Source: Minisyncoccota bacterium (GTDB lineage Bacteria > Patescibacteriota > Minisyncoccia > Phycocordibacterales > CSBR16-193). From it: a DNA stretch of 64,000 bases. Where the stretch lies: positions 71,075 through 135,074 of the forward strand of contig JBBDRA010000003.1 in NCBI GenBank assembly GCA_040905715.1, in the 5' to 3' direction. The first letter of the stretch is position 1. The number at the start of each line of letters is the position of its first letter. The translations under genes were made by a program, and so were the position numbers. Below are positions 10,403-18,724 of this stretch, piece by piece. The notes under the pieces were generated by a model that saw nothing but the letters and a program-made list of their open reading frames with translations, did no database searches and had not been told where the DNA came from.

Positions 10403-10721
10403 GTTCCTCACTTGGCAAAGTAAGCAGAGCTTTCACACGCTTCACTCAGACGAAATGCCGCTTGGCGCTTGAATGCATTTGCCTTTCAGAAATTATTTGT
10501 GTGCAAGCACCCAAAATTTCTTCAATGCAAATGCGCTCACTATCGTGAGCAGCGCCTCGCTCCTCATTTGCGCGTGTAAGCAAAGCTTTCACGCGCGGCA
10601 CTCGCGAGTCATGCGAGAGCGAGCACAGCTCTCTTCAGCTTCACTCGGGTAACACTGTGAGCAAGCTCCCGTGTTACCCTCGCTTGCTGAAGATCTGGCT
10701 CTCGCACGACGTCGCTCACTT
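10403..10721 (+). repeat. Cluster of tRNA-5'-half-like repeats (CTCAYTTG-N6-TAAGCAAAGCTT) and palindromes upstream of tRNA-Ile
   Basis: Units start at about 10406 and 10562. Each mimics the tRNA leader 'gctcacttg' + acceptor 6-mer + 'TA' + a D-arm-like 'AGCaaAGCTt'. Several perfect hairpins lie between the units. Confidence 0.6.
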
Positions 10722-10797
10722 GCGCGTGTAGCTCAGCTGGTAGAGCATTCGACTGATACTCGAAAGGTCCCAGGTTCGATCCCTGGCACGCGCACCA
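10722..10797 (+). tRNA. tRNA-Ile (anticodon GAT), CCA encoded
   Basis: A manual cloverleaf fold gives acceptor GCGCGTG/CACGCGC, D-arm GCTCAGCTGGTAGAGC, anticodon loop CTGATAC and T-arm CCAGGTTCGATCCCTGG. The length is 76 nt. Confidence 0.9.
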
Positions 10798-10802
10798 TAA
10801 AA

Positions 10803-10838
10803 TAAATAACCGGCATTTTGTGCCGGTTATTTATTTTA
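10803..10838 (+). terminator. Bidirectional rho-independent terminator after tRNA-Ile
   Basis: The stem aataaccggca / tgccggttatt is flanked by A-rich sequence upstream and a T-rich tract downstream. Confidence 0.7.
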
Positions 10839-11065
10839 TAGACGACAGTCAGGGATCGAACCGTGAAGGGGACGGGAAACGGTAGTTTCCCGTGGAGGAA
10901 AATACTAAAAACCGAGAGGTTTTTAGAGCGCAGCGCAAGCGAGCAGTGAGTGTCCCTGGCACGCGCACAAGAATTCTCCCTAGGTTTAACCTAGGGAGAA
11001 TTTATTTGTATGAAAGTTCAAATTCTACACTGGATACAAAATACTGAATACACTATACTGTTTCT

Positions 11066-12028
11066 ATGATGATCGTATTCTGGACAATTGTTTTTATTGC
11101 CGCACTGATCGCGTTGGTCAAAGGGGCGGACTGGCTGATAGGCGGAGCCGAGCGTATCGGTCTTGCTGTCGGCATGTCTTCCTTTATTATCGGTGTGACG
11201 ATCGTTGCTATCGGAACATCGTTCCCGGAGCTTATTGCTTCAATCTCTGCCCTTATGAAGGGAGTGCCGGAAGTGATCGTCGCGAACGCTGTTGGTTCGA
11301 ATATTACAAATATTCTTTTGGTTATCGGTCTGTCTGCTCTTATAGGCCGTCAGCTTTCGGTTGAGAAGAATCTGATAGATCTTGATCTTCCGCTTTTAGC
11401 AGCGGGGACGGGAATCTTTCTAGTTGTTGCTTGGGATGGAACGATCAACCCTCTCGAGTCGATCGTCCTTGTCCTTAACTTCGCTGTGTATCTCGTTTAT
11501 ACGGTCACTCAACGAGACAGGACGGTGGTGCATTTACCGGAAGAAGAGATTTCCAAAGAAGAGCAAAAGCATCCGAAACGTTACATAAAAAAAGACATAG
11601 TGCTTATAATTTGTGGAGCAGCCAGTCTTGCTCTGGGTGCTCATTTTCTTATCGATTCGATCATTGTTTTCTCTACCCTTCTTGGGTACTCAACGGGATT
11701 GATCACTATCACTGCGGTGGCGTTGGGAACATCTCTGCCGGAACTTGCTGTTTCAGCTCGGGCGGTAATTCAAGGTAAAACGGAAGTAGCAGTAGGAAAT
11801 ATCTTTGGATCAAACGTTTTTAATATCCTCATGGTTGTCGGTGTTCCGGGTATTTTTAGTACGTTGCCGCTCGATGAGCAGACGCTCGCTGTCGGTGTCC
11901 CGGTTCTCGCATTGGCTACTTTCCTTTTTGTTATTTCAGGTATTTCACGATGCATTCATGCATGGGAGGGAAGCTTCTATCTTTCGCTGTACATACTCTT
12001 TCTCGCTAAAGTGTTCGGATTGTTTTAA
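11066..12028 (+). CDS. Ca2+/Na+ antiporter, CaCA family (YrbG-like)
   Basis: It has two internal alpha-repeats ('GTSFPELIASISALMKG' and 'GTSLPELAVSARAVIQG') and 10 TM helices. Confidence 0.7.
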   Translation: MMIVFWTIVFIAALIALVKGADWLIGGAERIGLAVGMSSFIIGVTIVAIGTSFPELIASISALMKGVPEVIVANAVGSNITNILLVIGLSALIGRQLSVEKNLIDLDLPLLAAGTGIFLVVAWDGTINPLESIVLVLNFAVYLVYTVTQRDRTVVHLPEEEISKEEQKHPKRYIKKDIVLIICGAASLALGAHFLIDSIIVFSTLLGYSTGLITITAVALGTSLPELAVSARAVIQGKTEVAVGNIFGSNVFNILMVVGVPGIFSTLPLDEQTLAVGVPVLALATFLFVISGISRCIHAWEGSFYLSLYILFLAKVFGLF

Positions 12029-12073
12029 GCAGTATATTGCTAATATGGCTAGAACATGGTATTGTATTTTCTT

Positions 12074-13492
12074 ATGCCATTTAGAAAAAAAACAAAAATT
12101 GTTGCAACGATAGGTCCGGTAAGTCAGGACGAAAAAACTCTCGAGAAATTAGCCAAGGCCGGAATGAATGTGGTGCGTTTAAATTTCTCTCACGGTGATT
12201 TTGAAGAACACCAGGGCAAGGTGGACGCAGCCCGTGCTGTCGAAAAAACGATCGGCCGACCGATCGCTATTCTCCAAGACCTCTCCGGTCCGAAGATCAG
12301 GATCGGAGATTTTTATAAAGAAAAGGTTGTACTCAAGAAGGGAAGCGAATTTACTCTTACAACTCAAAAGATCGTAGGCGATGAAACAAAGGCGCATGTG
12401 AACTATAAGTTGCTACCCAAGGAACTCGCTAAGGGTGACCAGGTATTACTTGATGATGGAAAAAAACGCCTCACCGTGGTTCGTACTACAAAAACAGATG
12501 TGGTCTGCAAGGTTGTCGTAGGCGGTGAAACAAAAGGTCGCCGTGGAGTTAATCTCCCGGGTGCAAATATTTCTATCGATGCTCTAACACCTAAAGACAA
12601 AAAAGATCTTGAATTCGGTATTACAAACGACGTTGATTTCATTGCGCTCTCATTTGTTCGTCGGCCGAAGGATGTGACAAAGCTCCGCACTATTCTCAAG
12701 AAGCGTGGTTCGGATGCGATGATCATCTCGAAGATCGAGACACAGGAAGCTATAACAAACATCGATGAGATCATTGAATTATCTGACGGTATCATGGTTG
12801 CCCGCGGTGACCTAGCTATCGAAGTGCCGGCTGAAAAAGTTCCGGAGTTGCAGAAAGAGATCATTGCTAAATGTAATCGTCTTGGTAAGCCGGTTATTAC
12901 CGCCACTCAGATGCTTGAGAGCATGATCCACTCACCGGTACCGACACGCGCTGAGGTGTCCGACGTTGCTAATGCTATTTTTGACGGTACCGACGCGGTT
13001 ATGCTCTCGGAGGAAACAACGCTTGGTGAATATCCGGTTGAGGCGGTCGAGACAATGGCCCGTGTTGCTCAAGAGGTGGAAAGTAATTATAAAGAGCGTT
13101 ATGCACTAAACGGAGGCGTGGAAATTAGTACGACTGATGCCGTAACTACATCGGTTGTAGAAACATCTCACGATATAGATGCCACTCTTATTGTTGCGGC
13201 TACGCTAAAAGGATTCAGTGCTCGCATGCTCTCACGGCACAAGCCGCTTCCGCTGATCCTCTCGCTTACACCAAACAAGAAAACCTGGCACCAGCTCCAG
13301 TTGTCGTTTGGTGTCTTTCCGGTTCTCACAAAAGAGTTAACGTCGGTTGAAGATGTTTTTGACGCGGTACGAGTTCAGGCACCTAAGTTCAAGTTAGCAA
13401 AGAAAGGCGACAAGGTTGTCGTGGTTGCTGGTGTGCCGTTCTCTTCCAAGTCACCTATGGAGACGAACATGATGCTGGTGGAAACGGTATAA
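12074..13492 (+). CDS. pyk: Pyruvate kinase
   Basis: The N-terminus 'KTKIVATIGP' is PK-like and 'MVARGDLAIE' is the PK active-site region. The ORF track starts at 12056, but the ATG at 12074 fits PK N-termini. Confidence 0.85.
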   Translation: MPFRKKTKIVATIGPVSQDEKTLEKLAKAGMNVVRLNFSHGDFEEHQGKVDAARAVEKTIGRPIAILQDLSGPKIRIGDFYKEKVVLKKGSEFTLTTQKIVGDETKAHVNYKLLPKELAKGDQVLLDDGKKRLTVVRTTKTDVVCKVVVGGETKGRRGVNLPGANISIDALTPKDKKDLEFGITNDVDFIALSFVRRPKDVTKLRTILKKRGSDAMIISKIETQEAITNIDEIIELSDGIMVARGDLAIEVPAEKVPELQKEIIAKCNRLGKPVITATQMLESMIHSPVPTRAEVSDVANAIFDGTDAVMLSEETTLGEYPVEAVETMARVAQEVESNYKERYALNGGVEISTTDAVTTSVVETSHDIDATLIVAATLKGFSARMLSRHKPLPLILSLTPNKKTWHQLQLSFGVFPVLTKELTSVEDVFDAVRVQAPKFKLAKKGDKVVVVAGVPFSSKSPMETNMMLVETV

Positions 13493-13529
13493 GAAATTTG
13501 GTACAGTTTTTCTGTCGCGAAGGGCACGT

Positions 13530-13828
13530 GGCGGAATTGGTAAGCAAAGCTTGCTCCGGCTGCGCTCAGGAAAAATAAAAGTAAACTTTTGTTTTCTCCT
13601 TCGCTTGTCGGAGTAAGCAAAGCTTCCTTGAACTGCGTTCAGACGGAACGAAAATAAATTTTCGACCGCTCCTCACTTGTTCAAGTAAGCAAAGCTTGCT
13701 CCGGCTGCGCTCGCGGATCATGCAAAAGCAAGCTTTTGCGCGATACCGCTCACTTGCCGGAGTAGACGCGTACCGCTTCTATATCTTTAAACATATATAG
13801 TTACAATAGTGTAGAGTAATATAGGTTC
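13530..13828 (+). repeat. Second cluster of tRNA-5'-half-like repeats (…TCACTTG-N6-TAAGCAAAGCTT…) upstream of tRNA-Leu
   Basis: It has at least three units carrying the same TAAGCAAAGCTT core as the 10.4-10.7 kb cluster. One unit copies the tRNA-Leu 5' segment 'ggcggaattggta'. Another carries 'tagacgcgtac', identical to tRNA-Leu positions 8-18. Confidence 0.6.
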
Positions 13829-13912
13829 GCCGTGGTGGCGGAATTGGTAGACGCGTACGCTTCAGGAGCGTATGTCCTTACGGACATGGAGGTTCAAATC
13901 CTCTCCACGGCA
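13829..13912 (+). tRNA. tRNA-Leu (anticodon CAG), long variable arm, CCA not encoded
   Basis: A manual fold gives acceptor GCCGTGG/CCACGGC, anticodon stem TACGC/GCGTA with loop TTCAGGA, variable arm TGTCCTTACGGACAT and a T-loop TTCAAAT. Confidence 0.85.
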
Positions 13913-13940
13913 CCGGTACAAAGAGACAGTGCGGCTTTAC

Positions 13941-13972
13941 AAAAAAACACCTGATCGATCAGGTGTTTTTTG
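13941..13972 (+). terminator. Bidirectional rho-independent terminator
   Basis: aaaaaaacacctgatcgatcaggtgttttttg has a palindromic stem flanked by an A-run and a T-run. Confidence 0.65.
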
Positions 13973-13992
13973 TTGTGTAATAAGGTTCTATG

Positions 13993-14313
13993 TTAGCGCC
14001 TTTCAACCGTTCTTTCATTCGTAGCGTCCACTATAAAGTCTACGAGCTCTATCAGGAGCCATCCAATAATTGCGTAGATAAGGATGGCAAAGAGGGTCGA
14101 GAATTCTAAGATAAAGTTTGCTTCAACCACAGGCGTGGGAAACATTCCCTGGAACGGCACTAGCAACGGCTCGGTCATGCCGTATATCCAAGCCACAAAG
14201 CCGGCATTTGGATTGGCTCCAAGCAGTTTAAGTACTAACCGGAGACCAAGAAAGATCAGAACAAGGCCTATAATTATATTGATCAAGCGAAGGAGAACTA
14301 TACGAGTTGTCAT
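13993..14313 (-). CDS. YggT/Ycf19-family small integral membrane protein
   Basis: The 106-aa protein has two TM helices and resembles YggT proteins, but the family assignment is uncertain. Confidence 0.4.
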   Translation of the reverse strand: MTTRIVLLRLINIIIGLVLIFLGLRLVLKLLGANPNAGFVAWIYGMTEPLLVPFQGMFPTPVVEANFILEFSTLFAILIYAIIGWLLIELVDFIVDATNERTVERR

Positions 14314-14480
14314 AATGAAGTAAAACTAAGAATAAATAATACATACTGCTTATTATATTAAGACAGGATAACCCCTGTATTTCTTTCAATAACAGGTTGT
14401 TGTCATATTTTAGAATTGTTTATACCACAATGTCTTGAAAATTTTACGGGCACTATCCTTTGTAGTATCATTTTGAAGTA

Positions 14481-14843
14481 ATGAAGAAACGACCTCGAAC
14501 AGTAGTCCGCTCGCAGGCAATGTATGATAAGTATGTGCAATACAAGGAGACTGCTCCAGAGGGGTGCCCGCTTTGCAAAGCTAATCCTATTAAAGAGTAC
14601 AAGTACTGGAAACTCATTCCGAATGATTTCCCCTATGACGTGATCGCCCAAGAGCACTGCATGCTGATACCCAAAGACCATACCGGATTCTTTGAAGATC
14701 TCAGCGAGGCGGCAAAGAGTGAGTACTACGCGCTGCTCAAAAAACTCGATCACTTTGATTCGCTGTTCAATAACTTTCAAAAAAACCAGACGATCCCCGA
14801 GCATTTTCATGTGCATTTGATCACCTATAAATTAGCCCAGTAG
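14481..14843 (+). CDS. HIT-family (histidine triad) nucleotide hydrolase/transferase
   Basis: It carries the histidine triad 'HFHVHLI' near the C-terminus and a CxxC ('CPLC') in the N-terminal part. Confidence 0.55.
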   Translation: MKKRPRTVVRSQAMYDKYVQYKETAPEGCPLCKANPIKEYKYWKLIPNDFPYDVIAQEHCMLIPKDHTGFFEDLSEAAKSEYYALLKKLDHFDSLFNNFQKNQTIPEHFHVHLITYKLAQ

Positions 14844-14855
14844 CATAACTTCCTT

Positions 14856-16223
14856 ATGAAACAGTACACCCACTATTTTAAAGATAAACACATCACCGTA
14901 ATGGGTCTAGGGTTGCTGGGGCGCGGCGTGGGAGATGCTCGTTTTTTGGCTGAACAAGGGGCTAAGGTGTTGGTAACTGATCTCAAAACCGAAGACGAGT
15001 TACGGGAGAGTGTTGAGCAGTTAAAAGAATATGAGAATATCTCGTTCGTGCTCGGTGGGCACCGCGAAGAAGATTTTGCCGGTAAAGATGGAGAGAATGT
15101 GCCGGATATGGTGATCAAGGCTGCCGGCGTGCCGTTTGATTCGCCGTATGTTCAGGCAGCTCAAAATGCCGGCGTGTCGGTGACCATGTCGACAGCACTG
15201 TTCGCTAAGCTCACCCCGGCAACGATCATAGGCATAACCGGCACGCGGGGGAAGTCGACCGTTACTCATCTTGTTGCGGATATCCTCGAAGCATCGGGCA
15301 AGAATGTGTTTCGAGGAGGGAACGTACAAGGGGTTTCGACACTAGAGCATCTGCCGGAGAGTACCGAAGGGGAAGTTGCCGTGCTTGAGCTGGACTCGTG
15401 GCAGCTACAGGGATTCTCTGAGGAAAAGATATCTCCGCACATCGCTGTGTTCGCTACATTCAAGGCTGATCACATGAACTATTATACTTCAACCGGGCTC
15501 AGTACAGGCAAAGCGATGGATCGGTATCTCGAAGACAAGGCGAACATTTTTAAATATCAAACTGCTGATGATCTGTTGGTGCTGGGTGAGCAGTGTGCCG
15601 AGATCATCCAAGAGAAATATTCCAATATAAAAAGCAATGTCGGTATTGCTTCGGCGAACGATGTGCCGGATGACTGGTCGCTACCACTTCCCGGTGAGCA
15701 TAACCGGTCGAACATTGCCTGTGCACTGAAAGCAGTAGAGTCATTTGATATACCAAGCGCAACAATCCGGCAGGCGGTAGAAAATTTCAAGAGCGTACCC
15801 GGTCGTCTTGAGAGTATTGGTCTAGTGAGTGGAGTGGAGGTGTACAACGACAACAACGCAACCACACCGGATGCAACCGTCGTCGCTCTCAGTGCACTTA
15901 GGAGCAAGGCGTCTAAGTCAGTGGTGTTGATCGCCGGCGGTGCGGACAAAGGGCTCGAGACCAATGAGCTACTCGAAGCAATTCAGAAATATTGTAGAAC
16001 GGTTGTGTGGTTGCCGGGAACCGGGACAGATCGTATAAAAGATAGCGTTGAAGGCGTTGAAACATTTGAGGTTAAAAATATGCAGGAAGCGGTAGAAAAA
16101 GCCTTTGATAAAGCAGAGGAAACGGATACCGTGTTGTTCTCTCCGGCCTTTGCGTCGTTTGGGTTGTTTAAGAATGAATATGACCGTGGAGAAAAATTTT
16201 TACAGGAGATACAGGAGCTGTAG
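14856..16223 (+). CDS. murD: UDP-N-acetylmuramoyl-L-alanine--D-glutamate ligase MurD
   Basis: It has the Mur ligase P-loop 'GITGTRGKSTVTHL', an N-terminal Rossmann-like MurD domain, and sits with murC and a PgeF-like gene in a dcw-type context. Confidence 0.8.
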   Translation: MKQYTHYFKDKHITVMGLGLLGRGVGDARFLAEQGAKVLVTDLKTEDELRESVEQLKEYENISFVLGGHREEDFAGKDGENVPDMVIKAAGVPFDSPYVQAAQNAGVSVTMSTALFAKLTPATIIGITGTRGKSTVTHLVADILEASGKNVFRGGNVQGVSTLEHLPESTEGEVAVLELDSWQLQGFSEEKISPHIAVFATFKADHMNYYTSTGLSTGKAMDRYLEDKANIFKYQTADDLLVLGEQCAEIIQEKYSNIKSNVGIASANDVPDDWSLPLPGEHNRSNIACALKAVESFDIPSATIRQAVENFKSVPGRLESIGLVSGVEVYNDNNATTPDATVVALSALRSKASKSVVLIAGGADKGLETNELLEAIQKYCRTVVWLPGTGTDRIKDSVEGVETFEVKNMQEAVEKAFDKAEETDTVLFSPAFASFGLFKNEYDRGEKFLQEIQEL

Positions 16224-16284
16224 AAATGCCCGCCCGAGGCTGGTCAGCCTCTGCCTGAAATATCACCTGCGTCGTATAAATGTA

Positions 16285-16330
16285 TTAAAAAACGGCTCGA
16301 TCCTTGGATCGAGCCGTTTGATTTCCTTTT
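16285..16330 (+). terminator. Bidirectional terminator between convergent murD and the PgeF-like gene
   Basis: A 13-bp perfect stem (aacggctcgatcc / ggatcgagccgtt) has an A-run upstream and a T-rich tract downstream. Confidence 0.65.
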
Positions 16331-16348
16331 TGAGAAGGTCAGCAAGAG

Positions 16349-17227
16349 TCAGCCAGAGAAGACCAGTATGCCGTTGCGCCCGCTTGCGTTGCCATCCCGT
16401 CGATGCGAATGCCATTGGTGCGCACCCGTAGGGGAAAGATCGCTTGCGGTGCAAATGGTGTCGTATTCAGCACGTACGTTGTATTCCCTGAACTGTGCCT
16501 GCACCAGCGCACGCACATCGATACAGCCTTCCCTCCTTCGCCCCGGGATCAGGGTGTTGGTAACGAAGCTGCCCCAGCGGGTCTGGATGTAGTTCGTGAG
16601 AATTTCGTTAAAGGTGCCGTAATCGGCGCGGTCGAACGGGTGCTTGAACATCGAGGCGCGGATGCCGCAGACGCTGTGCGCCGAGAGATCTTCCGGTGAG
16701 CAGCCCGGGTAAGACGCGAATTGAGTCATCAGGCGTTGGACCACCGAGTCAAAGTCTCGGGACGATGAGGGTGCTCGGTGAAGGTTGTGGTCAACCAAGG
16801 AATTTCGTCCGGTGTGGAGCACGTATACTTCACCGGTTCGGTGGCACTTTACCACGGTCGTGTGGCAGTCTGCGGTCCGAAACAGTGCTCCTACCGTCGG
16901 CGAGTCAGGAGGAAGTATCACTCCGTCAGTCGCTACTCCTCGGTGAATGGTCACATTGCCGATCGAAATAGTTGGCTCAAACTCGTCGGCGGTAGTGATC
17001 CGGGTGTTGCTTTCGCTGAGATTGGGGACCAGGATGTCCGTGAGTCCGTTCTCTTCAGCGATCGCTTGAAGGGTCTCCAGGTCTGCTCGTGCGACGTTGC
17101 TCTCTCCGGTGGGGTCATCACCGATCCAGCGGTAGCGAAAGTCCAGTGGTTTTCCGTACAGCTGAATGTTGACATCTCCATGGACGCGCAGTCGCTTGGT
17201 CGGCTTGGTCTGTAGGGTTGGTGGCAT
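16349..17227 (-). CDS. YfiH/PgeF-family (DUF152, 'laccase-domain') purine nucleoside phosphorylase / peptidoglycan editing factor
   Basis: It carries the 'RTADCHTTVV' (TADC.P-like) motif and a C-terminal 'HSHRRDG..GR' like the YfiH 'SYRR' region. Its GC content is higher than the flanking genes, so many spurious ORFs overlap it. Confidence 0.55.
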   Translation of the reverse strand: MPPTLQTKPTKRLRVHGDVNIQLYGKPLDFRYRWIGDDPTGESNVARADLETLQAIAEENGLTDILVPNLSESNTRITTADEFEPTISIGNVTIHRGVATDGVILPPDSPTVGALFRTADCHTTVVKCHRTGEVYVLHTGRNSLVDHNLHRAPSSSRDFDSVVQRLMTQFASYPGCSPEDLSAHSVCGIRASMFKHPFDRADYGTFNEILTNYIQTRWGSFVTNTLIPGRRREGCIDVRALVQAQFREYNVRAEYDTICTASDLSPTGAHQWHSHRRDGNASGRNGILVFSG

Positions 17228-17360
17228 AATACGCTCCTCAAAAAAGGTTCACTGAGTTCTACTGAGTAAGGACAGCTTGAAGGATTAAAGCACATTGAAC
17301 TTCATGCGTCAATTTATCGTGCATATATTGTATGCATGGCAGGTGTGCTATAGTTGCGCT

Positions 17361-18698
17361 ATGGAGAAAAAACACTACTATTTCATCGGCATCGGAGGCA
17401 TCGGTATGAGCGCGCTGGCGCGAATGATGCTTAATGAAGGCCATACAGTAAGCGGGTCAGACCGGGCTCAGTCTAAGCTTACCGAAACCCTCGAGACCGA
17501 AGGAGTTTCTGTGGTATACGAGCAAAACGCTCAAAATATTACGGATGAGATCGATCAGGTGGTGTATACAATGGCGATCCCACAAGATCACCCGGAGCTT
17601 GCGGCTGCACGTGAAGGGGGACTGGTGACACTCTCATACCCCGAGATGCTCGGTGAGATCTCCAAGGACAAGTACACCATAGCGATCGCGGGTACGCACG
17701 GCAAAACAACCACAACAGCAATGGTGGCGCGTATTCTCATTGAAGCCGGATACGATCCGACAGTGATCGTCGGTAGCTTGCTTCGTAAAGGTTCGGTTGA
17801 TACATCGACTGACACAGCTGAAAAAGAGCAGTGGGGTTCGAATTTTATTCCCGGCAAAAGCGACTATCTTGTTGTTGAAGCGTGCGAGTACAAGCGCTCA
17901 TTTCTGCACTTGAATCCGAACGTGCTTATCATTACGAATATCGAGGAAGATCATCTCGACTACTATAAAAATCTAGCTGATATTCAGTCAGCGTTCGATA
18001 AGCTTGCGGAGAAGGTTCCCTCTGACGGCGCAATTATTTGTAACCCGCAGAGTACAAATGTGATGCCGGTTGTGGGACGGTATCGCGAGCACGTTGTTGA
18101 TTACACACAAACACCGCTCGACGGGGTCACCTTGAGGGTTCCGGGCGAACATAATAAGGCAAATGCGCAAGCAGCGCTTTCAGCAGCTGCGACTCTCGGT
18201 GTGAAGGGCTCAGCAGCTCAAGATGCATTGAGTGGATTTGAAGGAACGTGGCGACGCTATGAATATAAAGGCGAGCAAAAAGTCGGGAAGGCTACCGGCG
18301 CTCTTTTCTATGATGATTACGCTCACCACCCAAGTGAGATCAAGACCACCCTCGCTGCATTTCGCGAGCAGTATCCTGACCGAAATCTGCGCATTATTTT
18401 CCAGCCTCACCTCTATTCGCGCACGTCTCAGCTACTCGATGCCTTTGCGGAAAGTTTTGAGCAAGCAGACGAAGTGATCGTGGCACCGATCTACGCCGCT
18501 CGAGAAGATCCCGCAGAAGGTGTAGACAATCACGCACTTACCGAGGCGATCGTGAAGCACGGTACTCCCGCGAATGTTCGCGCTCTTGATTCATTTGAAG
18601 CGATCGCCGAATATATCTCTGACTCACTTGAGCCGAGCGATCTAGTGGTCACCTTCGGCGCCGGCGATATCAGCGCTATTCACAGTCATTTTGTGTAG
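17361..18698 (+). CDS. murC: UDP-N-acetylmuramate--L-alanine ligase MurC
   Basis: It has the MurC N-terminus 'HYYFIGIGGIGMSALA' and the P-loop 'GTHGKTTTTAMVARIL'. The ORF track start at 17295 is probably an upstream extension, and the ATG at 17361 is preferred. Confidence 0.85.
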   Translation: MEKKHYYFIGIGGIGMSALARMMLNEGHTVSGSDRAQSKLTETLETEGVSVVYEQNAQNITDEIDQVVYTMAIPQDHPELAAAREGGLVTLSYPEMLGEISKDKYTIAIAGTHGKTTTTAMVARILIEAGYDPTVIVGSLLRKGSVDTSTDTAEKEQWGSNFIPGKSDYLVVEACEYKRSFLHLNPNVLIITNIEEDHLDYYKNLADIQSAFDKLAEKVPSDGAIICNPQSTNVMPVVGRYREHVVDYTQTPLDGVTLRVPGEHNKANAQAALSAAATLGVKGSAAQDALSGFEGTWRRYEYKGEQKVGKATGALFYDDYAHHPSEIKTTLAAFREQYPDRNLRIIFQPHLYSRTSQLLDAFAESFEQADEVIVAPIYAAREDPAEGVDNHALTEAIVKHGTPANVRALDSFEAIAEYISDSLEPSDLVVTFGAGDISAIHSHFV

Positions 18699-18724
18699 CC
18701 CTACGCAAGCGCTCTCTGCTATAC

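Noticed and set aside
9950-10411. 153-aa minus-strand ORF across the muramidase 3' end and the repeat region.
   Set aside because: It runs through a strong terminator hairpin and through non-coding tRNA-like repeats and has no support. The plus-strand 55-aa coupled ORF and the terminator explain the region better.
10841-11066. Looked for a minus-strand tRNA using the inverted T-arm-like CAGGGATCGAACC.
   Set aside because: A cloverleaf cannot be completed: the T-stem does not pair and no acceptor stem is present. It is interpreted as a tRNA-Ile fragment scar instead.
8550-11066. Searched downstream of the 16S for a 23S rRNA, a tRNA-Ala(TGC) and the missing CACCUCCUU tail.
   Set aside because: None of the three is present. 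The interval instead contains protein-coding genes with their own promoters and terminators, plus tRNA-Ile.
12403-12906. 167-aa minus-strand ORF inside the pyruvate kinase gene.
   Set aside because: It is fully antisense to a conserved housekeeping gene and has no motifs.
14403-14816. 137-aa minus-strand ORF overlapping the HIT-family gene.
   Set aside because: It completely overlaps a plus-strand ORF that carries a bona fide histidine-triad motif. It has no motif of its own, and its shadow-frame composition is typical of antisense ORFs.
16368-17295. Six plus-strand and antisense ORFs (74-145 aa) overlapping the minus-strand PgeF/YfiH-like gene.
   Set aside because: They are artefacts of the locally high GC content (few stop codons). 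Only the 292-aa minus-strand frame has recognisable motifs (TADC, HSHRRDG..GR) and proper terminator/promoter context.
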